From the sequence record PQ464590.1: a stretch of DNA of 64,000 bases. The stretch is one strand, 5' to 3'. Within the stretch, counting starts at the first letter, position 1. Every line of letters starts with the position of its first letter. This document shows, piece after piece, positions 41,680-56,400 of this stretch. The notes beneath the pieces were generated by a model. It saw only the letters and a list, made by a program, of their open reading frames with translations. It was not told where the DNA came from and did no database searches. Both the position numbers and the translations under genes were made by a program.

Positions 41680-43155
41680 ATTTTGCCAATCTTTCACGTC
41701 AATCTTAGTGTGTGGATATTCGACTTCTTTATAGTACGCAATACGCTCTCTAAGGTGTTTAGCACTGTATTTGTTAGAACCACTAATATCATAAATCTCT
41801 ACGTGGTCTTTATCTTCTGCTCGGCGTAATCCACGTCCAATGGACTGAATTGTACGAACAAAGCTTTTCCCTGGCTCGATCAGTACTACATTATATAAAC
41901 GACTGATACTGATACCAGTACTTGCTACACCGTAAGTCGCAATAAGAATTCGGTTATCCGCCCAACGTATTTCACCGTACGATGCTTCACGGTCCTTCTT
42001 CTTAGTTTGTCCACGAACGAATTCACTCTTTGGTATACCAAGGAACTCACATAGTAGTTCTCCAGCTTCTAATCTATCGACTAGTACTAAAGTGTTTCCG
42101 CTCTCAGATATTGCACCTATAAGTTGAGCTATATATTTCATTCGCTCTTTGTCAGTAACAAGGTACTTCATCTCTTCTGCGTACGTTGCAAATTTCAATG
42201 TACTTTTCAGTTTGATGCAGTTCACATTACAAGTACTAAGAATCTTTTTGTCTTGTAGTTCTTTTGCTGTGATTGTGTAAATCACATCACCAACGTTACA
42301 ACGAATCTTCGCCGCCACTACAGGATCTTTAGGGATTGTACCCGTCAAGCCCCAACGTAGTGGGATATCCTTCATTACTTGCCCCAGAACGGCCTGTAAC
42401 GCTTCTGCTGCTGAAGTGTGGGCTTCGTCCACCATGACGCATACAACACCGTCAATGAAGTCATATACGTCCTGCTCGGTCATTTCAATCTCACCTTTCT
42501 TGGTTTGTTTCCACAGTGAGTTCAATGATTGCCAGGTTGTGATGGTGTGCTGATGGCCCAACTCTTTCTTATCACCATAGAATACCCCTGCATCCAACCC
42601 TACCATTTCGTAGTCATTGTATGTTTGCTGAACTAGATCAGTACTGGGGACGATGATAATACTACGTCCATATTTTTCTACACATTTTGATAGTGCAGCC
42701 GTGATGAGTGTTTTACCAGAACTAGTACTAGCAAGTAGTAGTCCATGATTATTACGTAGACATTCATTCACTGCATTCACTTGGTGCTCACGGAGGATAA
42801 TACTTTTACCCTCCATGTGGTGTCCTGCACCAAATTCTACATAGCTGAAAAGATTCTCATCTATTTCTTCGAATTCAAAATTGTGTGGAATGCGTTGGTC
42901 TTCTACTTCTATACTCACATCATGTTTGTCAAGAATCGGGAGTAGTTTATCAAGCATGTGATAATAAGTACTACCACCCATATTCATGAAGTTTACTTTA
43001 CCATCCCAACGTCCCATTCTACCAGCAGGGGTGAATTTCGCGTACGGTAGTACGTAAGAGACAGCACGCACCATCTCATTACGAACACTGATGTTGAGTC
43101 CTTCAAATTTACAGTTCACTTCATCCTGAAGTATTAGTTTACAAACGCCACTCAT
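41671..43155 (-). CDS. uvsW: UvsW-like SF2 helicase
   Basis: GRWDGK, LREHQ, TSSGKTLI, VDEAH, GLTGT, ATYGVASTGISI, QSIGRGLR. Confidence 0.93.
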   Translation of the reverse strand: MSGVCKLILQDEVNCKFEGLNISVRNEMVRAVSYVLPYAKFTPAGRMGRWDGKVNFMNMGGSTYYHMLDKLLPILDKHDVSIEVEDQRIPHNFEFEEIDENLFSYVEFGAGHHMEGKSIILREHQVNAVNECLRNNHGLLLASTSSGKTLITAALSKCVEKYGRSIIIVPSTDLVQQTYNDYEMVGLDAGVFYGDKKELGHQHTITTWQSLNSLWKQTKKGEIEMTEQDVYDFIDGVVCVMVDEAHTSAAEALQAVLGQVMKDIPLRWGLTGTIPKDPVVAAKIRCNVGDVIYTITAKELQDKKILSTCNVNCIKLKSTLKFATYAEEMKYLVTDKERMKYIAQLIGAISESGNTLVLVDRLEAGELLCEFLGIPKSEFVRGQTKKKDREASYGEIRWADNRILIATYGVASTGISISRLYNVVLIEPGKSFVRTIQSIGRGLRRAEDKDHVEIYDISGSNKYSAKHLRERIAYYKEVEYPHTKIDVKDWQNLG

Positions 43156-43172
43156 CCTTGAGTCCTTCTATT

Positions 43173-44015
43173 TTAGTTTACACGTTCATTGTACTCTGAC
43201 ATTAGGCTGAATGCCAAATCCATGTCGTAGTTTGGTTGATCTTCGTTTAGAACGTCACTGTTCTTGATCATCCATTCAATGTAGTTCAATGGAACGTTTT
43301 TCATTAGTTCGCCTTTGTGCTTGCCGAATGACATTACAGTGTAACGAATCGGTGTATTTACGAATACTGCAAGCTGGCTTCCAATGTCTTGCTCTGGGTC
43401 AATATGACCACGTTCAATACATACTTCAATCAACTTGATCAGTACTTTGTAGCACATAAACACATCATCTTTAGCAGCATGTGCGTTCACTGGTCGTGGT
43501 ACATCACGATACAAACCGAACTTGAACCACAAGTAGCTTAGAGTCAAATTCTTGAACTCTGCATCTTCTGCAAACAACTTCTTAGCTAGACGTAACGTAC
43601 AAATCCACTTGTCAGAATCAAGTAGATAATCAGGGAGAGTTGTTGCCCCACTATAACGTAGGTAGTTCTCATTGATCATACGTTGGTCGAATTGTACGTT
43701 GTGTCCTACATAGTACTTGACTTGTTCTTGCTTCATCATTAGCTCAATGTTCGGCAAGTCCTGGTCGTACGTGACACAATTCTGTAGGTCTTCGGTAGTG
43801 ATGAAGTGCACAGCGGAGGCTTCAGCGGGGACGTCTGCTACTGGTTTATAACGATTGGTGTAGTTTATCACATCATCAATACCAGTTGCAAGGTCCAGAG
43901 GGAAGGTCATACTTAGTTCGATGATATCAGAATCGTCATCCACACCTGTAGTTTCGGTGTCCAGTACTATAATCTGTTGAATGAATTCTTGCAGTTTAGT
44001 TTTGTTGAATTCCAT
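43173..44015 (-). CDS. DEDDh 3'-5' exonuclease (ExoX/epsilon-like) with C-terminal FGKHKG domain
   Basis: VLDTETTG, VHFIT, VGHNVQFD, CTLRLAK, AHAAKDDV; C-terminal MSFGKHKG..VP.NYIEW. Confidence 0.85.
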   Translation of the reverse strand: MEFNKTKLQEFIQQIIVLDTETTGVDDDSDIIELSMTFPLDLATGIDDVINYTNRYKPVADVPAEASAVHFITTEDLQNCVTYDQDLPNIELMMKQEQVKYYVGHNVQFDQRMINENYLRYSGATTLPDYLLDSDKWICTLRLAKKLFAEDAEFKNLTLSYLWFKFGLYRDVPRPVNAHAAKDDVFMCYKVLIKLIEVCIERGHIDPEQDIGSQLAVFVNTPIRYTVMSFGKHKGELMKNVPLNYIEWMIKNSDVLNEDQPNYDMDLAFSLMSEYNERVN

Positions 44016-44059
44016 GTTGTTCTCTCAAAAGAAAAGGACGCTTGATAGCGTCCTTATTA

Positions 44060-44521
44060 TTAGTCAATTCGTGCGTCTTCAATTCCTGCGGTTCTGAGTT
44101 TAACAATATTGTTAATCTGGAACGCTTTCATTTCTAGAGCTTTGATAATTCCCACATACTGATTACGAATATAAGCTACTTCGTTGATAAGTTCAGCTAG
44201 TTCTACCACTTCTTTATCTCCATCAACGTACTTCTTACAATCAGAAGAACTTAGTTGACGGCGGTAGTGTTCGAGGAAGTGTTTGAACTTCTCCGCTTCT
44301 AGTTGACGCATTTCAATTTCTAGTACTTCCATGACAGACTCGACCTGCTGTAACTGACCGAATCTGTTTTCATGGTACGATGGCAGTTTAGCGGCAATAT
44401 TTTCGATAATACCAACTTGTTTGATTTCCTTACGTGCTTCTTCAAGTTCTTTGTCGAAGTACTCAATCATGTCAATCAGTTTGTTTTTATCTGCTTTGAT
44501 TACCCAGTGCCAAGGTTTCAT
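44060..44521 (-). CDS. uvsY: UvsY-like recombination mediator
   Basis: Helical; YVDGD.E...NQY.GIIKALE.K.FQINNIVKLR.AG; lies between uvsX and uvsW. Confidence 0.8.
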   Translation of the reverse strand: MKPWHWVIKADKNKLIDMIEYFDKELEEARKEIKQVGIIENIAAKLPSYHENRFGQLQQVESVMEVLEIEMRQLEAEKFKHFLEHYRRQLSSSDCKKYVDGDKEVVELAELINEVAYIRNQYVGIIKALEMKAFQINNIVKLRTAGIEDARID

Positions 44522-45651
44522 TATTCTTCAGTACCCTCTTCTCCAGTACTGATATCAGCACCGAACGTTTCATCACCTTTCTCGTCTTCAGTTACTACAG
44601 CAATACTTGGATGACGGTTGAACTGTCCCATGATTAGGTCTAGGCAGTTGTCTTCGTTACGCATCCATTCTTTGCGATACTTCAGGATTTGTTCGCCAGT
44701 GTCGATATCGACATAAGCTAGACGGTTTCCTGATTTCTGAACGAGTTCATATTTTTCGAACATATCAAGTAGGCCGCTTCGTGGGTCCATACCTGTGTTC
44801 CAAGGAATTTTGATTTCAACTTCTTCGAATGGCTTGTTATAACGAGTCTTCATGACTTTACACTTAGAACGAATACCATTTACTTCTGAAGTTTTATTAC
44901 CATCGTTGTCTTCTTTTAGTTTTAGTTTACCCATAGCAACTACGATACTGCTTGCGTAAACTAGACCAGAACCACCACTGATTTTCGGATCAGGGTTAAA
45001 CATATCTTGACTTTCATATGAGTGGTTTACACAAACCATACCGATATTCAATGAACCCATACTGTTGATACAGTTAGTGATGTACATCTTTAGCTGTTTA
45101 GGTTTGTGACCCATATCACCTTTTAGTGTACCCGCTTTCATTTGGTCATTTGCAATTTCAGTATTCAACATACCAATACTATCAACGACAAATAGTACTT
45201 TTAGTCGGTCTTCTTTAGGAACGTCTTCATATTCTTTACGATATCCTTCAATGAATTCGTAAGTGAATTTAGCAACGTCACCAATCATACCCATGTTCAT
45301 TTTTAGTAGTTTCTCTGGTGAAGTGTCAACCCCAAGTGCTTGTAGCCAATCAGAGTCCAATGCGTTCTCGGAATCGATTAGTACTACGAAGATGCCTTGT
45401 TTTTGTGCTTCACGGATAATGTTACCACTAACGATGAATGATTTACCAGAACCGGATTCACCTGCGAACATTGTTACCTTACCTAGTGGGATTCCTTTCT
45501 GGAAATCACCGCTGATGCGATAGTTCAATGCCAAGTTACCAGTACTGATCCAAGTGTCAGGATCGTGAAAACCCATGCTTACGCCTGTGTTTTTCTTCAC
45601 TGATGCTGTACTTGCTTTGATGATATTTGCGAAACCTGATGTCATTTTCAT
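44521..45651 (-). CDS. uvsX: RecA/UvsX recombinase
   Basis: ISTGNLALN, AGESGSGKS, IDSE, VVDSIG, KISGG, KTRY. Start reassigned to 45651 (GGAG SD). Confidence 0.93.
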   Translation of the reverse strand: MKMTSGFANIIKASTASVKKNTGVSMGFHDPDTWISTGNLALNYRISGDFQKGIPLGKVTMFAGESGSGKSFIVSGNIIREAQKQGIFVVLIDSENALDSDWLQALGVDTSPEKLLKMNMGMIGDVAKFTYEFIEGYRKEYEDVPKEDRLKVLFVVDSIGMLNTEIANDQMKAGTLKGDMGHKPKQLKMYITNCINSMGSLNIGMVCVNHSYESQDMFNPDPKISGGSGLVYASSIVVAMGKLKLKEDNDGNKTSEVNGIRSKCKVMKTRYNKPFEEVEIKIPWNTGMDPRSGLLDMFEKYELVQKSGNRLAYVDIDTGEQILKYRKEWMRNEDNCLDLIMGQFNRHPSIAVVTEDEKGDETFGADISTGEEGTEE

Positions 45652-45667
45652 ATTTCTTCTCCATGAA

Positions 45668-45693
45668 ATAAAAAGGGGCAAATCCGTTGCCCC
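45668..45693 (-). terminator. Terminator after SSB
   Basis: aaaaa-ggggcaa-atccg-ttgcccc. Confidence 0.65.
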
Positions 45694-45711
45694 ATATGAA
45701 TTACTTTACTC

Positions 45712-46749
45712 TTACTTGTTTTGCATTTTCAAGCGTGCAACTAGGTCGGACGCAGATACTGGTGCAGAACTTGCAGCAGGTGCTGGAGTTACAACAGTCT
45801 CAACAGGTGCTGGTGCAGCTTCTTGAACAGGAGCAGCAACAGGTGCTGGGGTAGCTACAGGAGCAGGTTGTTGTACTGGAGCAGCAACGTTTGCAGTTGG
45901 AGCAGAAGTATTAGGTTTCTGTACGCCAGCAGGACGGTAAGCGAATGCCCAACGAGCAGGGTCATAAGGTTTACCATCTACAGATGCTTCAAACATTTCA
46001 GCGATTGCTTGTAGCTCTTCTGGAGTAGGTTGTTTAGGCATGAATTCGCCTAGGTTGAATAGACCGTATTGGTCAATTGCAGCACGTTCTTCTTCATTTA
46101 GTGGACGCTCAGACATTGAGAACTGAGACATGTCGTACTTGTTGAAGCCGCCGCCGTTTTTAGTTTTCACAACACCGAAATCACGACCGTGTTCGTAATG
46201 AACTGGCATTTCTTTGATGCCTGGGTTTAGTAGGATTGATTTCACTTTATCGAAGATTTCTTTGTTCACGAGAACACGACGAATCGGGTTTTCAGGAGCA
46301 ACATCGTCTTTTACTTCGACTGAGTCTGGTGCGATGAAGCACTGTAGTAGGTAAGACTTTTTCTTCCAGTACTTGGAAGCTAGATTTTTTAGTTCGTCAT
46401 TACCAGTTTCTTTAGCACTTTCGTACCACTGACGTAGTTCTTGAAGTACTGGGCAAGATTTTGGAACCCACATTTCGTTACATGGTACTTGAACACGCAC
46501 TTTGTCGGTATGCATACCAACAATGCCGTTGAACTCAAGGGTAATCATGTCACGTTCACGCCAGAAGAATGGGTTGTTCTCATCAGCATCTGGTAGGAAG
46601 CGTAGGTTTAGAGGTTTGTTCTCAGGGATGTTCCAAAATGCTAGGAAAGCATCAGGTTTACGTTCACCTGTGAATGTACCGTTTTTGATTGCCGCAGATT
46701 TTTCTTCTTGAGCTTGTAGTTGAGCACGAATTTCAGCTAGAGATTTCAT
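45712..46749 (-). CDS. 32: Single-stranded DNA-binding protein (gp32-like)
   Basis: Start MKSLAEIR (46749); LRFLPD, CPVLQEL, YWKKKSY, GRDF, YDMSQF; A/P-rich C-terminal linker. Confidence 0.85.
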   Translation of the reverse strand: MKSLAEIRAQLQAQEEKSAAIKNGTFTGERKPDAFLAFWNIPENKPLNLRFLPDADENNPFFWRERDMITLEFNGIVGMHTDKVRVQVPCNEMWVPKSCPVLQELRQWYESAKETGNDELKNLASKYWKKKSYLLQCFIAPDSVEVKDDVAPENPIRRVLVNKEIFDKVKSILLNPGIKEMPVHYEHGRDFGVVKTKNGGGFNKYDMSQFSMSERPLNEEERAAIDQYGLFNLGEFMPKQPTPEELQAIAEMFEASVDGKPYDPARWAFAYRPAGVQKPNTSAPTANVAAPVQQPAPVATPAPVAAPVQEAAPAPVETVVTPAPAASSAPVSASDLVARLKMQNK

Positions 46750-46826
46750 ATTGTATTCCTTTACGTTGGTTTCTTTGTTTATATTTGGCTTTACCTTCAA
46801 CACTACCGTGTGTCTCCGGTCTATCT

Positions 46827-46856
46827 ATTATATCACATTTTTCCGTTCTGTCCCAT
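46827..46856 (-). promoter_or_regulatory. Phage-class promoter ATGGGA-18-TATAAT (SSB proximal)
   Basis: attata 46827-46832, tcccat 46851-46856. Confidence 0.75.
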
Positions 46857-46938
46857 AATAGATTGAGATATTTTAAAGACTTATCTCACGTCTTATTGAT
46901 CTTAATGACCAATTAACTTGCCTTTCGGCTACCTATCT

Positions 46939-46968
46939 ATTATATCACATTTTCAGAATGTATCCCAA
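46939..46968 (-). promoter_or_regulatory. Phage-class promoter TTGGGA-18-TATAAT (SSB distal)
   Basis: attata 46939-46944, tcccaa 46963-46968. Confidence 0.75.
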
Positions 46969-46986
46969 AAAAGTTGGGGTAATTTC

Positions 46987-48294
<1,308 letters not shown>

Positions 48295-48306
48295 TTATAA
48301 TTATAT

Positions 48307-52258
<3,952 letters not shown>

Positions 52259-52265
52259 AAAATGA

Positions 52266-52336
52266 TAAATAATAGCATATAAACCGAGTTATTTTTTGAG
52301 CGTTTTCCTTTATGGGTTGAAATGAAATGATAAATA
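52266..52336 (+). promoter_or_regulatory. Tandem late promoters (GATAAATAA twice)
   Basis: taaata at 52266-52271 and 52331-52336, upstream of the plus-strand gene pair. Confidence 0.65.
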
Positions 52337-52382
52337 ACTTTAAGCAGGACAATCCTGCAACAAATTAGACAAGGAGATTTTT

Positions 52383-52946
52383 ATGGGTCTTAATTCTTTT
52401 GATCGCAACTATGGTATGAGTGCTAATAGTCGTGAGTTCTGGGGTGGTAACAACGGTTTCGTTACTGTAGTTCTATCTCTACCTGCTGACGTTGAAGTTG
52501 GTGAAACTGCCATTCTACCTGATGGTACTGAGATTGGCGATAACGCTGCTCAAACCGCTCTAACTGCTGCAAACTATAACCAAATGATGCTTACTCAGCT
52601 TCTAGCACAACGTGCAGTACTAGTTACTACTTCTGTACTAGCTAAAGGTACTGTTGATCCAACTGTATCAGGTTTTGGTGACATTGGTGGTAACGTAATC
52701 GCTTATGGTTCTGCTGGTACTCTAACTGCTACTTCTTTCGGTGTTACTTTCATTATCGAACGTCAAGATGTGTTCAATGCACAACCTGTTCGTCCAGGCT
52801 CTAACTACCCAGTTCCAGTTGATCCTGCTGCTGAATTCTGTGCTGACCTAGGCCAAGCTGCTGTGTTCCGTAAACAAGACGGTACTGAAGCTGCTGCTGT
52901 TCCAGTTGCAATTAAAGTATTCGCTGCTCTACCAGTACTAATCTAA
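52383..52946 (+). CDS. Ala/Thr/Val-rich probable abundant virion protein (paralogue 1)
   Basis: AGGAG SD, strong codon bias; QRAVLVTTS, FIIERQDVF. Confidence 0.7.
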   Translation: MGLNSFDRNYGMSANSREFWGGNNGFVTVVLSLPADVEVGETAILPDGTEIGDNAAQTALTAANYNQMMLTQLLAQRAVLVTTSVLAKGTVDPTVSGFGDIGGNVIAYGSAGTLTATSFGVTFIIERQDVFNAQPVRPGSNYPVPVDPAAEFCADLGQAAVFRKQDGTEAAAVPVAIKVFAALPVLI

Positions 52947-52961
52947 TAAGGAGAATATAAT

Positions 52962-53618
52962 ATGTTAGAACGTATTAATGGTTTCTCCGAGAGTGGTGTA
53001 CTTGGTTATTTCTATGGTAAGAACGCCCTAGTATCTATCGCAGTAGCTAACGCTGGTGATGTTGTAATCGCTGTTACTGGTGCTCCGTGCTCCTATGCAG
53101 GTATCCAACATTTCCTAAACACTAGCGATAAAGATACTATCACCGACTTCTTAAATGAAAAGGGTATTACCCGTGTTGATGGTACTCAATTCGTTGAAGC
53201 TACTGTAGACACTGACTACACTGCCGCTTTCGCTGCACAAACCAACATGAAACGCATTATCGACATCGTTCAACAACGTGCGGTAATCCTATCAACCTCT
53301 CTCATTGCACAAGATGTTAGTGTGACTGGTTGGAAAAACGCTCCAAACGGTGTTTCTGGTGCTGCTGCTGTTACTGATGCAAGTGCTATCACTTTCCTAA
53401 TCGAACGTGCTGATGTGTTTGACCGTGACGCTACTACCTTCCAAGGTGTACCACTACCAACCATCGATGAAGGTCGTCTACTTATTGATGACTTAACTGG
53501 TGTTCCGTTCCTAGCTGCTGATGGTACTGAAGTTAAACTTCTATCCTCTGCAACTGCGGCGGCTGCTGGCAACTTCGCAATCAAAATCCACAAGCAAATT
53601 CCTGCTATCCTGGATTAA
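52962..53618 (+). CDS. Probable abundant virion protein (paralogue 2)
   Basis: AGGAG SD; QRAVILSTS, FLIERADVF. Confidence 0.7.
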   Translation: MLERINGFSESGVLGYFYGKNALVSIAVANAGDVVIAVTGAPCSYAGIQHFLNTSDKDTITDFLNEKGITRVDGTQFVEATVDTDYTAAFAAQTNMKRIIDIVQQRAVILSTSLIAQDVSVTGWKNAPNGVSGAAAVTDASAITFLIERADVFDRDATTFQGVPLPTIDEGRLLIDDLTGVPFLAADGTEVKLLSSATAAAAGNFAIKIHKQIPAILD

Positions 53619-53626
53619 TTAAGTTA

Positions 53627-53664
53627 AAAAGAAAGGGAGAACTTTATGTTCTCCCTTTTTTTTA
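53627..53664. terminator. Bidirectional terminator
   Basis: aaagggagaac-tttat-gttctccctttt. Confidence 0.8.
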
Positions 53665-54405
53665 TTTGTACATCTTGTAACCTTCAGGTAAACCACCATT
53701 CTCCGGTGTCTCTGTGTTTGCGTTTACTAGCTTTGTGTCGTAATCGTCACTGTAGTCGTCTGTCGCTACTTTGCGTCCCCAATCACGAATAAAGTTCTCA
53801 ATGATCTCTTCTTCATCAGTACCTGGATGTCCGTCATCTTTTAGCTTACGCCAAAAGTACTCGTTGTAATCAAATACGAATTCAATCTCATTTGTCTCTT
53901 CATTGAAGCTAATATCAAAGTCCATCCACGGCTCTTTACGAATCGTGAAGATCTCTTTACTGTACTCACTTTCAGTAATTTCATGATATTTATATGCGTA
54001 CTCTAACGCTGCAATTACCTTTTCTTCACCATCTTTCATCAACTCAATTACTTCTGCATCATATTCCTTTTCGGAAATATCACGCATATCTAAACGAGTT
54101 TTCAGTACTGCATGTTTCTTCTCACTCTCAGTAATACGATTGTGTTTGAAGTCAATGTCATGCCTATTCAGATTGTATTGAAGTTCAGTAATTTTATTGT
54201 ACTTCTTGGAAATTTCATTCCTAGCTGTGTCAATCTCATAATCAGTCAAGTAGATATGTTCTGCACAGTCATATGCTGCTTGGAACTCATCAGTACTGTT
54301 GTAGTTGATTTTAGCTATTGTCCGAGCTTTACCAGACAATCCCCAGTGAGCGGGGATCATCCAGAACGGTAACTTACCCATTGTACTTACCAAATACTTC
54401 TTCAA
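53662..54405 (-). CDS. Hypothetical protein
   Basis: 247-aa helical ORF. Confidence 0.7.
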   Translation of the reverse strand: MKKYLVSTMGKLPFWMIPAHWGLSGKARTIAKINYNSTDEFQAAYDCAEHIYLTDYEIDTARNEISKKYNKITELQYNLNRHDIDFKHNRITESEKKHAVLKTRLDMRDISEKEYDAEVIELMKDGEEKVIAALEYAYKYHEITESEYSKEIFTIRKEPWMDFDISFNEETNEIEFVFDYNEYFWRKLKDDGHPGTDEEEIIENFIRDWGRKVATDDYSDDYDTKLVNANTETPENGGLPEGYKMYK

Positions 54406-54667
54406 CCTTCATCACGTAGTAAACTACATCTTCGTGTTCGATAGGTTGATTCAGAGAGGACTTACCAAAGATGATAATGTCGTCAACTGCAATCTTATGT
54501 TCTTGGCGAGTACCATTAGGATTGTACTTACCCTCACCTACAGAAAGTACGCGACCTAAAGTTGGTTGTTCTACTGAAGACATGATAATCCCAGTATCTG
54601 TTACGTTACTTTTGGTACTCACGAGTTCAACAATTACGAAGTCGTTGATTGCCTTTAGTGTAGCCAT
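54374..54667 (-). CDS. groES: GroES-like co-chaperonin (copy 2)
   Basis: Start reassigned to MATLKAINDFVIVE (GGAG SD); TDTGII, GRVLSVGEG, VDDIIIF. Confidence 0.85.
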   Translation of the reverse strand: MATLKAINDFVIVELVSTKSNVTDTGIIMSSVEQPTLGRVLSVGEGKYNPNGTRQEHKIAVDDIIIFGKSSLNQPIEHEDVVYYVMKVEEVFGKYNG

Positions 54668-54668
54668 A

Positions 54669-54869
54669 TTAGTATCTCCCTGTTGTGTTGAACCAGTTAC
54701 CTTTATACCGAAAAGTAGCACCTTTGTCACCAGCAGTAAAGGCTTCATAGAACATGTTACCTTTACATTTAGAACATTCCTTCGGTGCTTCACGTTCCGA
54801 AATTTTCACGATTTTATCTTCTTCGTTGCCGCACCCTTCTTCGACGCAGCGGAAATTGTATATAGGCAT
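54669..54869 (-). CDS. FmdB-family zinc-ribbon protein
   Basis: MPIYNFRC...C...CSKC...F..KG.W..T. Confidence 0.75.
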   Translation of the reverse strand: MPIYNFRCVEEGCGNEEDKIVKISEREAPKECSKCKGNMFYEAFTAGDKGATFRYKGNWFNTTGRY

Positions 54870-54879
54870 GTTGATTCCC

Positions 54880-55500
54880 TTATAAAATAATTTTAGTCTT
54901 CCTTGATTCTGCTAATGCCCAGTAATAGATTTCGCGTGACTTAGGATCAGCAGTGATTGTTTCGAGTGCAGCATCATCTTCAATACCTTTGAAGTACTCA
55001 CCAGTACTGTTTTGTGTTGCAAAACCTTCACGCACTTCTGTTAGGGTACGTGGGAAGTATTTCATGAATGAACTGTCTACTGAAACGTTCAGATATTTAG
55101 TATCTGGTACTGAGGCCGCGTGAACGTGACCATGTACGTTTAGTTTACCACGCAGTTCTCCGTCATGTAGAGGTGCGTGAGATAGCCAGAATTCTTTGTA
55201 CTTCAGAAGACCATGAACTTCATCGAATGCATCCACCAGCTTCTTCACTGGAATGTATTCAGAACAATGGTTTCCTAGGATCAGAATCTTCCGACCAGGT
55301 AGTTCTTTGATTAGCCCCAGATAGTACTCGTCAAATGCGATGTCGCCTAAAAAGTACATACTGTCGCGTTTTGTTGACACTTCTTGGAGCACGCGGGTAA
55401 AGTACAAGTCATTGTGAAGAGTACTTTCAAATACTTTACGGTACTTCCAAATGTTACGGTGGCCCAAGTGGGTATCAGCAATGAAACGTGGTACTGCCAT
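54880..55500 (-). CDS. Calcineurin-like metallophosphoesterase
   Basis: ADTHLGH, YFLGD, LGNH, SHAP, NVHGHVH. Confidence 0.88.
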   Translation of the reverse strand: MAVPRFIADTHLGHRNIWKYRKVFESTLHNDLYFTRVLQEVSTKRDSMYFLGDIAFDEYYLGLIKELPGRKILILGNHCSEYIPVKKLVDAFDEVHGLLKYKEFWLSHAPLHDGELRGKLNVHGHVHAASVPDTKYLNVSVDSSFMKYFPRTLTEVREGFATQNSTGEYFKGIEDDAALETITADPKSREIYYWALAESRKTKIIL

Positions 55501-55520
55501 GATCTATTCTCCAATAATAA

Positions 55521-55549
55521 GAAATCAGGGGATAGTATACCATCCCCTG
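55521..55549 (-). terminator. Hairpin/terminator after the clamp gene
   Basis: tcaggggat-agtatacc-atcccctga. Confidence 0.6.
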
Positions 55550-55555
55550 AAAATA

Positions 55556-56287
55556 TTAGCAACCAGTTACGAAGATTTGGTACACTGCAATACCAGTATC
55601 AATTGTAACGTTTAGAATACCAGTTTTGGTCATACCTAGCGTTGCACTTTCAGCATTGGATACGCGGTTCAATGCTTGTAGTACACGGTCGATACTGTAA
55701 CCGTACTGGAGTTTTAGTTCACCATCAGTTTTGGAGAATTGAAGAGAACCGCTGTGGTTGCTCTTGTTCTTCTCGCCCACGTGAAAATAAAGTGTATCAT
55801 TCTCAGTGTAAGGAGTTACTAGAGTAGAGAAAGATTTGAATACACCAGAAAAGCTTTTCAATTCCTGAACTTTAGCGGCACTTGGTGTAACCAATACGTC
55901 ATAAGGTTGTTCAGTGAAACGTGGCTGTGCTGGGATGAACTTCTCTGATTGAACTACGAAGTTGGTACTTGCTTCGTCCGACACGAATGCTAGACTTTTT
56001 ACTGCACCATCTTTTGCGTTCACAGAAATTGTAGTACTGTCAGAGTTGAAAGTTTTTAGGTTCATTAGACCTTGTAGAGTTCCTAGGTTTCCTAGACCAA
56101 AACGACCAACAACTTCAGGTACATCTTCTTTTGTTACTGCACGCATGACAAGAGTTTTGTCATCGGTATATGCTTCCATATAAACACGTTGACCTTGACC
56201 ACGATCTTCGCTTGATACTGCGATGCAAGAGAAGTCGATGCCAGAAGTTGTGTTCACTAGGTCACGTAGTACGTTGCGTAAATCCAT
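55556..56287 (-). CDS. Probable sliding clamp (gp45-like)
   Basis: 243 aa with a two-fold alpha/beta pattern; near the B-family polymerase; own phage-class promoter. Confidence 0.6.
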   Translation of the reverse strand: MDLRNVLRDLVNTTSGIDFSCIAVSSEDRGQGQRVYMEAYTDDKTLVMRAVTKEDVPEVVGRFGLGNLGTLQGLMNLKTFNSDSTTISVNAKDGAVKSLAFVSDEASTNFVVQSEKFIPAQPRFTEQPYDVLVTPSAAKVQELKSFSGVFKSFSTLVTPYTENDTLYFHVGEKNKSNHSGSLQFSKTDGELKLQYGYSIDRVLQALNRVSNAESATLGMTKTGILNVTIDTGIAVYQIFVTGC

Positions 56288-56347
56288 TTTTATATCTCCA
56301 TATCCATATGATTTTATGTTTTGTTACCATTCCTTGGTTACGCATCT

Positions 56348-56377
56348 ATTATATCACACTAAACAGATGCGTCCCAT
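56348..56377 (-). promoter_or_regulatory. Phage-class promoter ATGGGA-18-TATAAT
   Basis: attata 56348-56353, tcccat 56372-56377. Confidence 0.75.
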
Positions 56378-56400
56378 TTTTTTTGAATTATTTTTTTGAA

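Noticed and set aside
45760-45910. Pro/Ala-rich repeats in the SSB tail (and P/T runs at 56560-56720, P/Q runs at 16570-16760)
   Set aside because: These are low-complexity protein linkers, not DNA-level tandem repeats or variable loci.
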